Shown: positions 50,199 through 58,468, counted from the first letter of the stretch. The stretch is 59,868 bases of DNA from Microbacteriaceae bacterium (GCA_044237445.1 JBIIFF010000001.1:1-59868); one strand, 5' to 3'. The notes: generated by a model from the sequence alone, not told the origin. Translations and numbers: made by a program.

Positions 50199-51145
50199 CC
50201 GTTCACCAGCGCAGTTCCCGCAATTTCCGTTGGGACGCCGTTAGCGCGCGGCACAAACGACTCGAACAACGCGTAGGCGATGAGGCGCTCGGCAGCAGAG
50301 AGTTTTGGATGACACGTCGTCATGGTGAGAATTCTATCCTTGGCTTCAATCTGTAGTTGGGGTACCGGATTGAGAACCGTGACTTGGGTTGGGAAGACGT
50401 ATTCGATATTCCGGAATCGGTAGACATACCAGCCGTCCTCGGTTTCAACATAAATCCGATCGCCGACCCGAAGCTTGTCCACATCCCCGAATGGTGCTCC
50501 ATAAGTGGTTCGGTGGGCTGCTACGGCGAAGTTGCCGATTTGACCCAAGAGGGCGGTTTCCGAATACCGCCCGATGCCGGTCAGTTGGTTGTTCAGAACT
50601 TCTTTCACGTCGACGCCCTCAGCAAGAGTTCGCTCATAACGAGAGCCAAACCGGGGAACGAGGACCGTCGCGAAAGAGTTGGCAAATCCCGGGGATTTGA
50701 CGACCGGCGGCGGGACATCAGCGATTGCTCCGTCCGAGGTTCCGCTGGCCCGATCAAACTCGATAGCACCGGTCGGTCCGCTATTCCAGGTGTTGGACAG
50801 CGTCGCCGCGGCTTTGTCCTGTGCTTCTCCTTGGACAATGTCGTTAAACCAGACGTGCCATCCAAGGAACAAGAGGACGAACAGTCCTACAGTAACCAGA
50901 GTTTCGCCCGAGATTCCAATTGCACGATCGACAAACTCTCGACGTGTGACGAGGATTCCCAGACCCCGGAAATCGATGTATTGCCGCCGAGTCGTTTGCG
51001 GTTGAAACTCGTAGGCACTTTTCTTCCCGGGTTCCTCGCGAAGCGCATAGGTTCGGCCACGGATTTGCTCGGGGTTTGCGCCCTTCGATCGACGTCCACC
51101 AAAACGTGGTGTTCGCGAATTTGGTTTCTCTGATGAAGGGGGCAC
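50195..51145 (-). CDS. Class E sortase (copy 1)
   Basis: GETLVTVGLFVLLFLGW TM helix, VPRFG, NFAVAAHRTTYG, LTMTTCHPK..AAERLI; GTG 7 nt after TAGAAT. Confidence 0.88.
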   Translation of the reverse strand: MPPSSEKPNSRTPRFGGRRSKGANPEQIRGRTYALREEPGKKSAYEFQPQTTRRQYIDFRGLGILVTRREFVDRAIGISGETLVTVGLFVLLFLGWHVWFNDIVQGEAQDKAAATLSNTWNSGPTGAIEFDRASGTSDGAIADVPPPVVKSPGFANSFATVLVPRFGSRYERTLAEGVDVKEVLNNQLTGIGRYSETALLGQIGNFAVAAHRTTYGAPFGDVDKLRVGDRIYVETEDGWYVYRFRNIEYVFPTQVTVLNPVPQLQIEAKDRILTMTTCHPKLSAAERLIAYALFESFVPRANGVPTEIAGTALVNG

Positions 51146-51201
51146 ATTAAGAATTCTAACCTCGGTTTGAGCAAGCATGGGGGTGTGGGTATGCTGGCAC
51201 A

Positions 51202-51447
51202 ATGGCAAAGACGACCTCGGACGACCAATACCCGGATTCAACCCCCGCGCGCAACAACACTGCGGCACCGAATCCCGTGTGGTTCAAGCCAATCATGTTC
51301 GGCTTCATGCTCGTCGGGCTCGTGTGGATTTTGACCTATTACGTCAGTGCGGGACTGTTCCCCATCGCAACGCTCGGAGCGGTGAACATCGTGATTGGCT
51401 TTGGCTTGATGTTTGTCGGCTTCCTCATGACAACGCGCTGGCGATAA
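51202..51447 (+). CDS. crgA: Cell division protein CrgA
   Basis: PNPVWFKPIMFGFMLVGL.W...YY, N..IGFGL, GFLMTTRWR. Confidence 0.93.
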   Translation: MAKTTSDDQYPDSTPARNNTAAPNPVWFKPIMFGFMLVGLVWILTYYVSAGLFPIATLGAVNIVIGFGLMFVGFLMTTRWR

Positions 51448-51451
51448 AACC

Positions 51452-51500
51452 TAATTACACCAGTGTAATTATCCCCTGCTGGGGATAACTAGGTGGATAA
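51452..51500. promoter_or_regulatory. Palindrome plus DnaA-box-like cluster downstream of crgA
   Basis: TAATTACAC-CA-GTGTAATTA perfect inverted repeat; TTATCCCCT, TGGGGATAA and GGTGGATAA (1-2 mismatches to TTATCCACA or its complement). Confidence 0.6.
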
Positions 51501-51502
51501 CT

Positions 51503-52063
51503 TCATCGGCTGCGGCGGCGAAACAACACAAACGTCGACAGCGCGCCTCCAAGAAGCCCCCCGAGGTGGGCTTCCCACGAAATCCCTGGCACGACGAACC
51601 CAATTGCGAGGTTGATGCCAATGATGACGATCAGCGACACATTGTTGCTTCCCAAACCGCGATTGATGATGAACAGAGCTGCAAACAGCCCGAAAACTCC
51701 CGCAGACGCGCCGATCACGATGGAGTCCGGGTTCATCGCAACGACAGCTAAACAGCCTGCCACAACCGACGCGATGAAAATCAGCGCAAACTTCGCGCTT
51801 CCGACGATGCGCTCGACCGCGTTACCGAGAACCCACAACGAATAGCCGTTGAACATGATGTGGACGATTCCGGCGTGTGCGAACGCCGAGGTGATGATGC
51901 GCCATGGTTCCGCCGCCATCAGTGGGGTATAGAACGCGAGTGCAAAGGTTAGTTGGTCGCCCAAGAGATATTGGGCTGCATAGACCACGCCGATCAGACC
52001 GAGAAGGACAAACGTCACCGGAGTTCGATTGCGGCGCACCGACGCCCACAATGGGCTCGTCAC
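51503..52063 (-). CDS. Rhomboid family intramembrane serine protease
   Basis: PWRIITSAFAH, H..FN, GASAG (catalytic S), AHLGG. Confidence 0.92.
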   Translation of the reverse strand: MTSPLWASVRRNRTPVTFVLLGLIGVVYAAQYLLGDQLTFALAFYTPLMAAEPWRIITSAFAHAGIVHIMFNGYSLWVLGNAVERIVGSAKFALIFIASVVAGCLAVVAMNPDSIVIGASAGVFGLFAALFIINRGLGSNNVSLIVIIGINLAIGFVVPGISWEAHLGGLLGGALSTFVLFRRRSR

Positions 52064-52581
52064 GAGATTGCGATGTGTGAGATCACGACGGGAGTGACCG
52101 GTTTGTCATTGGCGCCGGTGGGGACTGCCTCAATCGCTGTCACGACCGCACGGGACTCCTCGTCCGCAACCACCCCGAAAATGGTGTGTTTGGCTTGCAA
52201 CCACGGTGTTGGCGCGGTGGTGATGAAAAACTGTGATCCGTTGGTGCCGGGTCCCGCGTTCGCCATGGCCAGCATAAACGGTTGTGAAAAGTTAAGTTCG
52301 GGGTGAATCTCGTCCTCGAACTGGTAGCCGGGTCCCCCAAAACCCATTCCCAGGGGGTCGCCGCCCTGGATCATGAACGTCGGGATGATCCGGTGGAAAA
52401 CAACCCCGTCGTAGAGCGGTGTCGTCATCGCGTTCCCCGATTGGGGGTGTGTCCACACCTGTGAGCCATCGGAAAGACCGACGAAGTTCGCGACGGTCTT
52501 CGGAGCGTGGTTTCCAAAAAGGTGAACCCGAATGTCCCCGTGATTTGTCTGGATGGTTGCGGTCTGTGTGTGAATTGACAT
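52060..52581 (-). CDS. ppiA: Cyclophilin-type peptidyl-prolyl cis-trans isomerase
   Basis: APKTVANF, FHRII..FMIQGGDP, LAMANAGP.TNGSQFFIT, HTIFG. Confidence 0.95.
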   Translation of the reverse strand: MSIHTQTATIQTNHGDIRVHLFGNHAPKTVANFVGLSDGSQVWTHPQSGNAMTTPLYDGVVFHRIIPTFMIQGGDPLGMGFGGPGYQFEDEIHPELNFSQPFMLAMANAGPGTNGSQFFITTAPTPWLQAKHTIFGVVADEESRAVVTAIEAVPTGANDKPVTPVVISHIAIS

Positions 52582-52655
52582 GGCTCCATTCTGCCTCGTT
52601 CCGATGTGCATGATGAACAATCGTGGGTCATAATGAAAGGTGTCAAGGAGGCCCC

Positions 52656-52886
52656 ATGCTCACGTCTTATTCCAAAGAACTCGCGGCAATCACTCGCGCG
52701 ATGGGTACCGCGTTCGGTCGGCGCCTGATGGCGAAGACACCAGTGGTCCCGAAGAAGTCGGGGCTGGGCGGGTTCATCGCTGCCGGGCTTGGGGTTGCGT
52801 TGGTGGCCGGCGTCGCCTACCTCGCGTGGCAGCTGTTGCGGACTGATGACGATGCGTGGGTAGACGACGACTTTGACGTCGACTAA
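52656..52886 (+). CDS. Small single-TM protein at the position where mycobacteria have cwsA
   Basis: AAGGAGG SD; TM helix followed by AWQLLRTDDDAWVDDD; divergent from ppiA. Confidence 0.55.
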   Translation: MLTSYSKELAAITRAMGTAFGRRLMAKTPVVPKKSGLGGFIAAGLGVALVAGVAYLAWQLLRTDDDAWVDDDFDVD

Positions 52887-54457
52887 GCGTCGACCGTAAT
52901 TTCGCTTCCCACAATTCTTGACACACACGGGTAGAAGACCCCCAGTTTGTCTTTATCCGAATCGGGCATGACGCTGTCCAAGTGCGCCGGTGTTCCCTCA
53001 ACCACTCGCAGTTCGCATGTTCCGCAAACGCCCTTCCCACACGACGTCTGAATCGGGACGCCCGCCGCATTGAGTGCCGAGGCAATCGAAACGTCAGCAG
53101 CGACGGCAACCTTTTTGCCGGTGGACGCCAGTCGAACAACGAGTGGCTTTGCCCCGCCGTCGAGTTCACGCACGACCGGGTTGAAGCGTTCGAGGTGGGC
53201 CCGCGATCGTTCAATGCGCTGTTCGACCTCGGTCATCAGTGATTCGGGTCCGCAACAGTAGACATCAGCGCGGGTGGATTCGAGCAGTGGAGGAAGGCCA
53301 AATCGGCCCGACACGTCGGACTCGTGAATCGTGACGCGCTTTCCATAGGCCTGTTCCACCTCGTCGGCGAATGCCATCGCGGCGCGGTTTTTCCCCAGAT
53401 ACAACAGGTGCCAGTCGCGTTGCGCAGGCAGTGCCTCGATCATTGCGCGAATCGGGGTGATTCCGATTCCGCCAGCAATGAACAGGTAGGTCCGCGCAGG
53501 GACCATGGGAAAGTGGTTTCGTGGACCGCTGACGGGAATGACCGTTCCCGCGACAACATTGCGGTGAATCCAGGTTGAGCCCCCCTCGGGGCCGTGCGTG
53601 TCGAGCACGGCGATTTCGTAACCCGTTCGATCGGCACTGTCGCCGCACAGGGAATACTGCCGTTCCATTCCGTTCGCAAGATGAAGTGTCAGGTGGGAAC
53701 CCGCGTCCCACCAGGCAACGTTCCCCCCGCCAACGGGAATGAGTCGAATACCCACGATGTCCTTGGCAAGGGCAGTCACCTTTTGCACCACCATCGTTCG
53801 CTTTTCCCGACTGTCCTCGTCCGGGTTCTCTAGCACCATCGCGGCGCGCTCGGCTTGCACTGCTGCCCGGTACGCGGCTATTTTGGCGTCGGCTACCGCG
53901 CGACGTTCACGGAGGAAAATCACCGCGAAGCGGATGAGGAGAGCAATCACAGTCATGGAAATGACGAAAATGGACACCGCGGCATACCACCAACTGCCGA
54001 CATCCGACCCAGCGAACGCCGCGTGAAGTCCGACCGCAAAGAACACGGCGTACGACAGGTAGTGAATTGCTTTCCACAGCGCGCGCGGAATCTTGTCCAT
54101 GACCAACGAGGTCACGTATACAATCGACATCACCCACATCGCGACGACACCCACGGCCAACGCAATGTTGATAAGTTCTGTGGCGCCCTCGTATGTGGCC
54201 ACCCCGGGAATGAACAGGTCAGCGGCGTCAAACTTTACGTACGGGTCCAGCATCAACGACGTCGTGTGGATGCTGGCGAGAACCACGGTCAGCGTGCTCA
54301 GGTATTTGTGAAGGTCTTTGAGCCACGCGGGGTTGTCGAGTCCTTTGAAGACTCGGCTGGACAAGAGAACACCCCACACCACCGAGAACGACATGAGCCC
54401 CCAGGCGGTGAGTCCGCTCACGCGAGAGACGTACCACCAGATGTGCGGGTCGTTCAC
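52883..54457 (-). CDS. Fusion of a ferric-reductase-like (heme b) membrane domain and a PDR/VanB-type FMN/NAD(P)H/[2Fe-2S] reductase
   Basis: TM His residues LHKYL, SIHTT, AIHYLSY, GLHAA; then RQYSLC, GPRNHF, AGGIGITP, YCCGP, SCGKGVCGTC...PCVS. Confidence 0.85.
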   Translation of the reverse strand: MNDPHIWWYVSRVSGLTAWGLMSFSVVWGVLLSSRVFKGLDNPAWLKDLHKYLSTLTVVLASIHTTSLMLDPYVKFDAADLFIPGVATYEGATELINIALAVGVVAMWVMSIVYVTSLVMDKIPRALWKAIHYLSYAVFFAVGLHAAFAGSDVGSWWYAAVSIFVISMTVIALLIRFAVIFLRERRAVADAKIAAYRAAVQAERAAMVLENPDEDSREKRTMVVQKVTALAKDIVGIRLIPVGGGNVAWWDAGSHLTLHLANGMERQYSLCGDSADRTGYEIAVLDTHGPEGGSTWIHRNVVAGTVIPVSGPRNHFPMVPARTYLFIAGGIGITPIRAMIEALPAQRDWHLLYLGKNRAAMAFADEVEQAYGKRVTIHESDVSGRFGLPPLLESTRADVYCCGPESLMTEVEQRIERSRAHLERFNPVVRELDGGAKPLVVRLASTGKKVAVAADVSIASALNAAGVPIQTSCGKGVCGTCELRVVEGTPAHLDSVMPDSDKDKLGVFYPCVSRIVGSEITVDA

Positions 54458-55422
54458 GAATAATCCTTCCAATTGGCCGATTGGGCCGTCGTACCATCAC
54501 GATAGACCACAAAAGCCGCCGCCCCGAGGTTGGGGACCCAGCGCAGGAAGTCCCGCCGAGTAAATCCCGCTTTCGTAATCACTTCAGCAATCCCTGCCGA
54601 CACCGCAATGACGGACACCGTGACGACATTGGTCGTCATGGCTTCACCCGTGTGAACGTCGATGAGGTGATTGACCGACCGCCCCTCGTTTTCCCACACT
54701 CGCTTGAGCGTGCTCGAGGTGGCGACCGCGCCGTCCAACAGATTGACTCGGGCAATGGAGCGTTCTTCGACAAACGGATCTTCGATACCAATCCGCCAGT
54801 GGGTGCCGTCAGGCGGTGTTCCGCCGATTCGAACATCCCCGCCCATCTCCACCAGCGCACCAAAGGCGCCGCGCTCGATGGCCATTGACACCATGATGTC
54901 TGCTGCGATTCCCTTGCCGATTCCGCCCGAATCGAGTGTCACACCGAGCGGGAGGGTCACGACGTTACCTTCGATTGTCGTGCCTGTAGGGTCGATCGGC
55001 CAGCGAGCGCTGGCGGGCAGGGACGTCACGTGCGCCGAATTAACCCGCGACGTCGCGTAGCCTTCGGCGATGAGCTTGGGCAAGATCGTGGGGTCGTACT
55101 CGCCCTCGGTTAGTGTTCGTGCGGCCAGCATTTCCCTCACCAATTGTGCTGTGAGCGGATTTACTGTGACCGGCTCGCCTTCGGCATTATTCAGACGTGT
55201 GATGTCCGAGTCGTCGAGGAAGCGGCTCCACAGCGATTGAAGGTGAAAAGCGGTACGTTCAAGATCGTCGAGCATTTCGGCGGTTCCACCGACAACGACC
55301 AGATTCGAGGTGGTACCCATGACCGAAAACTGCCGCGAAACAGTCGGTGCTCCTCCGTCGCCCTGTGCTGCGCGGATGGCGGACGACGCGATTGAACTGT
55401 GCGGAAGATTACTTTGAGCCAC
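54454..55422 (-). CDS. apbE: FAD:protein FMN transferase (ApbE family)
   Basis: VMGT, WSRF..DSDI.RLN, T.G.YDPTI, LDSGGIGKG..AD, EMGGD, VATS, HLID..TG. Confidence 0.9.
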   Translation of the reverse strand: MAQSNLPHSSIASSAIRAAQGDGGAPTVSRQFSVMGTTSNLVVVGGTAEMLDDLERTAFHLQSLWSRFLDDSDITRLNNAEGEPVTVNPLTAQLVREMLAARTLTEGEYDPTILPKLIAEGYATSRVNSAHVTSLPASARWPIDPTGTTIEGNVVTLPLGVTLDSGGIGKGIAADIMVSMAIERGAFGALVEMGGDVRIGGTPPDGTHWRIGIEDPFVEERSIARVNLLDGAVATSSTLKRVWENEGRSVNHLIDVHTGEAMTTNVVTVSVIAVSAGIAEVITKAGFTRRDFLRWVPNLGAAAFVVYRDGTTAQSANWKDYS

Positions 55423-55711
55423 TGGATGAGCCGTGGTTTTTTGCCGGCTTCGCCGCTGGTGCGGGTGCTGGTTGGGCGGTAACCGTGGCCGAGCTCTTTT
55501 TCTTCTTCTTCTTTTTCTTTTTCACTACGGTAGCGGTCGGTGTTGGTGTGGCAACGGGGACTGTACTCGCCGCCAGTGCAGCGCTCTCGATTTCCGCTTG
55601 AACGGCCTGTTCAACCGCCTGGGCCTGAAGACCCGCTACTCCGGCCACCATGGCGCCAGCGGTTGCGAGCGTAACCATCACCCGCGCTTTAGTTGCGACA
55701 AACAGTGCCAT
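55409..55711 (-). CDS. Small exported low-complexity protein with a Lys9 run
   Basis: Signal-like N-terminus ending LQAQA; PT-rich linker; KKKKKKKKK (55496-55522); ends NHGSSSGSK; TAATG-coupled upstream and overlaps apbE. Confidence 0.7.
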   Translation of the reverse strand: MALFVATKARVMVTLATAGAMVAGVAGLQAQAVEQAVQAEIESAALAASTVPVATPTPTATVVKKKKKKKKKSSATVTAQPAPAPAAKPAKNHGSSSGSK

Positions 55712-56283
55712 TAGTCTTCATCCTCGTCTTCGTCCTCATCTTCGTCCTCGTCCTCATCTTCGTCTTCGTCTTCGTCCTCATCTTCGTCCTCGTCCTCGTC
55801 CTCGTCCTCGTCTTCGTCCTCTTCTTCTTCGTCCTCGTCTTCGTCTTCGTCCTCGTCTTCGTCTTCGTCCTCGTCGTAACCGCCCGCTGACCCTGAACTG
55901 TTTCCGTGATTGTTGCCCGAGTTCGAGCCGCCCGACGCGTTAGTCGAACCGTTGTTCGAATCGTTGTTCGACGAGTCACCTTCGCTCCAGGTGGAGCCGC
56001 CCGATCCGCCGTGCGTCTCGGTGACCGACCCGTCAACAGCCGGTTCGATAACAGCGTCTGCGTTGACTGGACCCGTGTTTACGGACGTCGACGAGGGAGA
56101 GTCTGGAAGTGCCAGGGCAACGCCTTGACCGGCGGTTGTCCCCGAAACTGCTGGGACGGTCTGGGCAAGCAGGCCCGACACATCATCGATATTGACGGCG
56201 CCGGTGTTCGCGGCGACGGTGCCCAGGCCAACCGTGGTGGTCGCGGTGATGCCGAGCAGGAGAAGTGGTCCTTGTATGTTCAT
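55711..56283 (-). CDS. Exported/membrane-anchored protein with a 54-residue pure Asp/Glu C-terminal tail
   Basis: GAGGA SD; hydrophobic N-terminus (LLLLGITATTTVGLGTVAA); S/G/N-rich linker; (DE)n up to the stop codon. Confidence 0.75.
   Translation of the reverse strand: MNIQGPLLLLGITATTTVGLGTVAANTGAVNIDDVSGLLAQTVPAVSGTTAGQGVALALPDSPSSTSVNTGPVNADAVIEPAVDGSVTETHGGSGGSTWSEGDSSNNDSNNGSTNASGGSNSGNNHGNSSGSAGGYDEDEDEDEDEDEDEDEEEEDEDEDEDEDEDEDEDEDEDEDEDEDEDEDEDEDED
55714..55875 (-). repeat. Coding 6-bp tandem repeat (GAY GAR)n encoding the DE tract
   Basis: 162 nt of GAC/GAT-GAG/GAA units that vary only at synonymous positions. Confidence 0.9.
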
Positions 56284-56354
56284 GTCCTCATCATCGCCCG
56301 CAAACACGGTCACAAAAACGTAGTTTGGTAAAGAAACGTCCAAGGTTATGGGGC

Positions 56355-56368
56355 GTTCCACGGGAAAC
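56355..56368. promoter_or_regulatory. Putative parS site
   Basis: GTTCCACGGGAAAC, 2 mismatches to actinobacterial parS GTTTCACGTGAAAC; intergenic, in an origin-proximal gene neighbourhood. Confidence 0.45.
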
Positions 56369-56405
56369 AACTGTCAATTGTGCGAATTCGTGGCACTCTC
56401 GATGT

Positions 56406-57074
56406 ATGACAGTTCTGCTTGTCGAAGACGATCGTGCGATTGCCGACGCGGTAATCGAGGGTCTCCGCGCGAATAACTACGACGTAAAACACGTCGTTCT
56501 TGGGAGCGAAGCCATCGAGAAGGTCCGTGCCGGCGGAGTGACGACGGTGATCTTGGATCTCGGTTTACCCGATATGGATGGCACTGAGGTCTGCCGGCTT
56601 ATCCGGAGTTTTTCGCACGTGCCCATCATCGTTGTCAGTGCCCGTGAAACTGAGATGGACCGCGTGACTGTTCTTGACATGGGCGCCGACGACTACGTGG
56701 TGAAACCCTTTGGAATCAAGGAACTCGTCGCACGCATCCATGCGGTGATGAGACGAGCGACGGGCTCCGTCACACCAATCACACACATCGAAGTCGGCTC
56801 CCTCGTGATTGACACCAAGACTCGAACGGTTTCAGTGAACGACCGATCCGTTGCTCTCACACCCAAAGAGTTTGACCTGTTGGCCTACCTCGCTCGCGAT
56901 CCAGGAACGGCATTTCGACGAGCCGACATTCTCCGAGACGTCTGGGAAACCACGTGGTACGGAACCACCAAAACTCTCGACGCCCACGTTGCCAGTATCC
57001 GAAAGAAGCTTGGTGACCCGAAGTGGGTCGAATCGGTGCGAGGGGTTGGATTCACCGTGAGGAACGTGTCGTGA
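56406..57074 (+). CDS. OmpR-family response regulator
   Basis: LVEDD, LDLGLPD, GADDYVVKPF, LTPKEFDLL, KTLDAHV..IRKKL. Confidence 0.92.
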   Translation: MTVLLVEDDRAIADAVIEGLRANNYDVKHVVLGSEAIEKVRAGGVTTVILDLGLPDMDGTEVCRLIRSFSHVPIIVVSARETEMDRVTVLDMGADDYVVKPFGIKELVARIHAVMRRATGSVTPITHIEVGSLVIDTKTRTVSVNDRSVALTPKEFDLLAYLARDPGTAFRRADILRDVWETTWYGTTKTLDAHVASIRKKLGDPKWVESVRGVGFTVRNVS

Positions 57075-58468
57075 GACGGCTATTTCTCTCCTCAATCGTC
57101 GGAGTAAGTGCGACATTGCTCGCGGCTCAGGGGGCGGTGGTGTTGAATTATGTCGCCGAATCCGAGCAGGACCGAATAATTACCGAATACGAGCGCGACG
57201 CGTTCGTGCTGGGCTCTCGTGTCGAACGACTGGTCGAAACCGCCGGAAACATGGATCCGACACTTGTGGCCCTGGTGAACCGCTACGCAGAGCAGGGTAA
57301 TACACAGGTCATCGTGGTCGACCGAGATGGAATCGGTGTTCTGACGAGTGACCCAATCGAGCTAGCTGTCGGTACAAATTACACGAACCGCCCAGAGATT
57401 GCGGAGGCGTTGCTAGGGAATGTCACGTCGGGCGAGCGTTGGTCGGACACTTTGCAGTCCAACCTTGTCTACGTTTCGGTTCCCATCATTAACGGCTCCT
57501 CTATCTACGGCGCCGTTCGACTCAGTTTCCCCAGCGGCGAGATCGACCAGTCCGTGAACGAGAAAACCTTGTTTCTCTGGTGGGTTGCGGGTGCGGCGCT
57601 CGCGCTTTCGGTGTTGCTTGCGTTCGTTGTGTCGGGCGTCGTCAGTCGTCCGATTCGGCGGGTTGAAGCTCAAGCGAACGCGTTGGCGAGCGGAGACTTT
57701 TCCGGCACGTTGTCGGAAACTGACGGGCCCCACGAAATCCGCAGTCTCGCCGTCGCCTTCAACACCATGGCGACCAAGCTTGACTCCCTGATCCGGCAAC
57801 AGCGAGCGTTTGCCTCGGATGCCTCGCACCAACTTCGCACCCCCCTCACGGCGCTGCTCCTCCGGATTGAAAGTGCCCGCGAAGCGTTGGAGTCGGATCC
57901 CGCGCGCGCGACAGACCGATTGCGCGACGCCGAAATCGAGGTCGAGCGACTTACGACGATTGTCGAAGGCTTGCTTGCCATTGCGCGATCAGACGGTGGT
58001 TCGACCGACCCGATTCCGGTTGATGTCGCCACAATCGCGCGTGATCGAGTCGAAAACTGGCGAGCGCTCGCCGAGGAGCAGGGCATCACGATTGCCTACG
58101 ACGGACCCGTAAGCGCCCCCGCACTTGCAATCGGCGGAGCGGTGGAGCAGATCGTAGATAACCTCGTCGACAATGCCATTGGCCATAGCCCCGCGGGGAC
58201 CGCCGTCGTTGTTCGAGTCCGCCCACTGGAGCGTGACGTCGAATTGACGGTGGTGGACGCCGGGCCTGGAATGACGCCCGAGCAGCGTGAGCGGGCATTT
58301 GACCGATTCTGGAGGGCGGATTCCACCGCCGACGGGAGCGGTTTGGGGTTGGCGATCGTCAAGAACCTCGCCGAGTTGGGGCGCGGAACGGTTTCTCTCG
58401 CATCCGGCTCGTCGGGATCGGGACTCACCGCTACTGTCGTGTTCGTCCGCGACGAACCGAAGCGATGA
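57071..58468 (+). CDS. Sensor histidine kinase (extracytoplasmic sensor + HAMP)
   Basis: Two TM helices flanking an outer domain; HAMP; DASHQLRTP, NLVDNA, DAGPG, FDRFWR, GSGLGL; GTGA overlap with the response regulator. Confidence 0.92.
   Translation: MRRLFLSSIVGVSATLLAAQGAVVLNYVAESEQDRIITEYERDAFVLGSRVERLVETAGNMDPTLVALVNRYAEQGNTQVIVVDRDGIGVLTSDPIELAVGTNYTNRPEIAEALLGNVTSGERWSDTLQSNLVYVSVPIINGSSIYGAVRLSFPSGEIDQSVNEKTLFLWWVAGAALALSVLLAFVVSGVVSRPIRRVEAQANALASGDFSGTLSETDGPHEIRSLAVAFNTMATKLDSLIRQQRAFASDASHQLRTPLTALLLRIESAREALESDPARATDRLRDAEIEVERLTTIVEGLLAIARSDGGSTDPIPVDVATIARDRVENWRALAEEQGITIAYDGPVSAPALAIGGAVEQIVDNLVDNAIGHSPAGTAVVVRVRPLERDVELTVVDAGPGMTPEQRERAFDRFWRADSTADGSGLGLAIVKNLAELGRGTVSLASGSSGSGLTATVVFVRDEPKR

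Noticed and set aside
55714-55875. Possible CRISPR or non-coding repeat array
   Set aside because: 6-bp coding periodicity with no spacers and no cas genes.
55650-56036. RT/KT-, RP/RL- and FV/LV-repeat ORFs
   Set aside because: Alternative readings of the DE repeat. Only the DE frame has an SD, a signal-like N-terminus, purely synonymous variation and coupling to the next gene.
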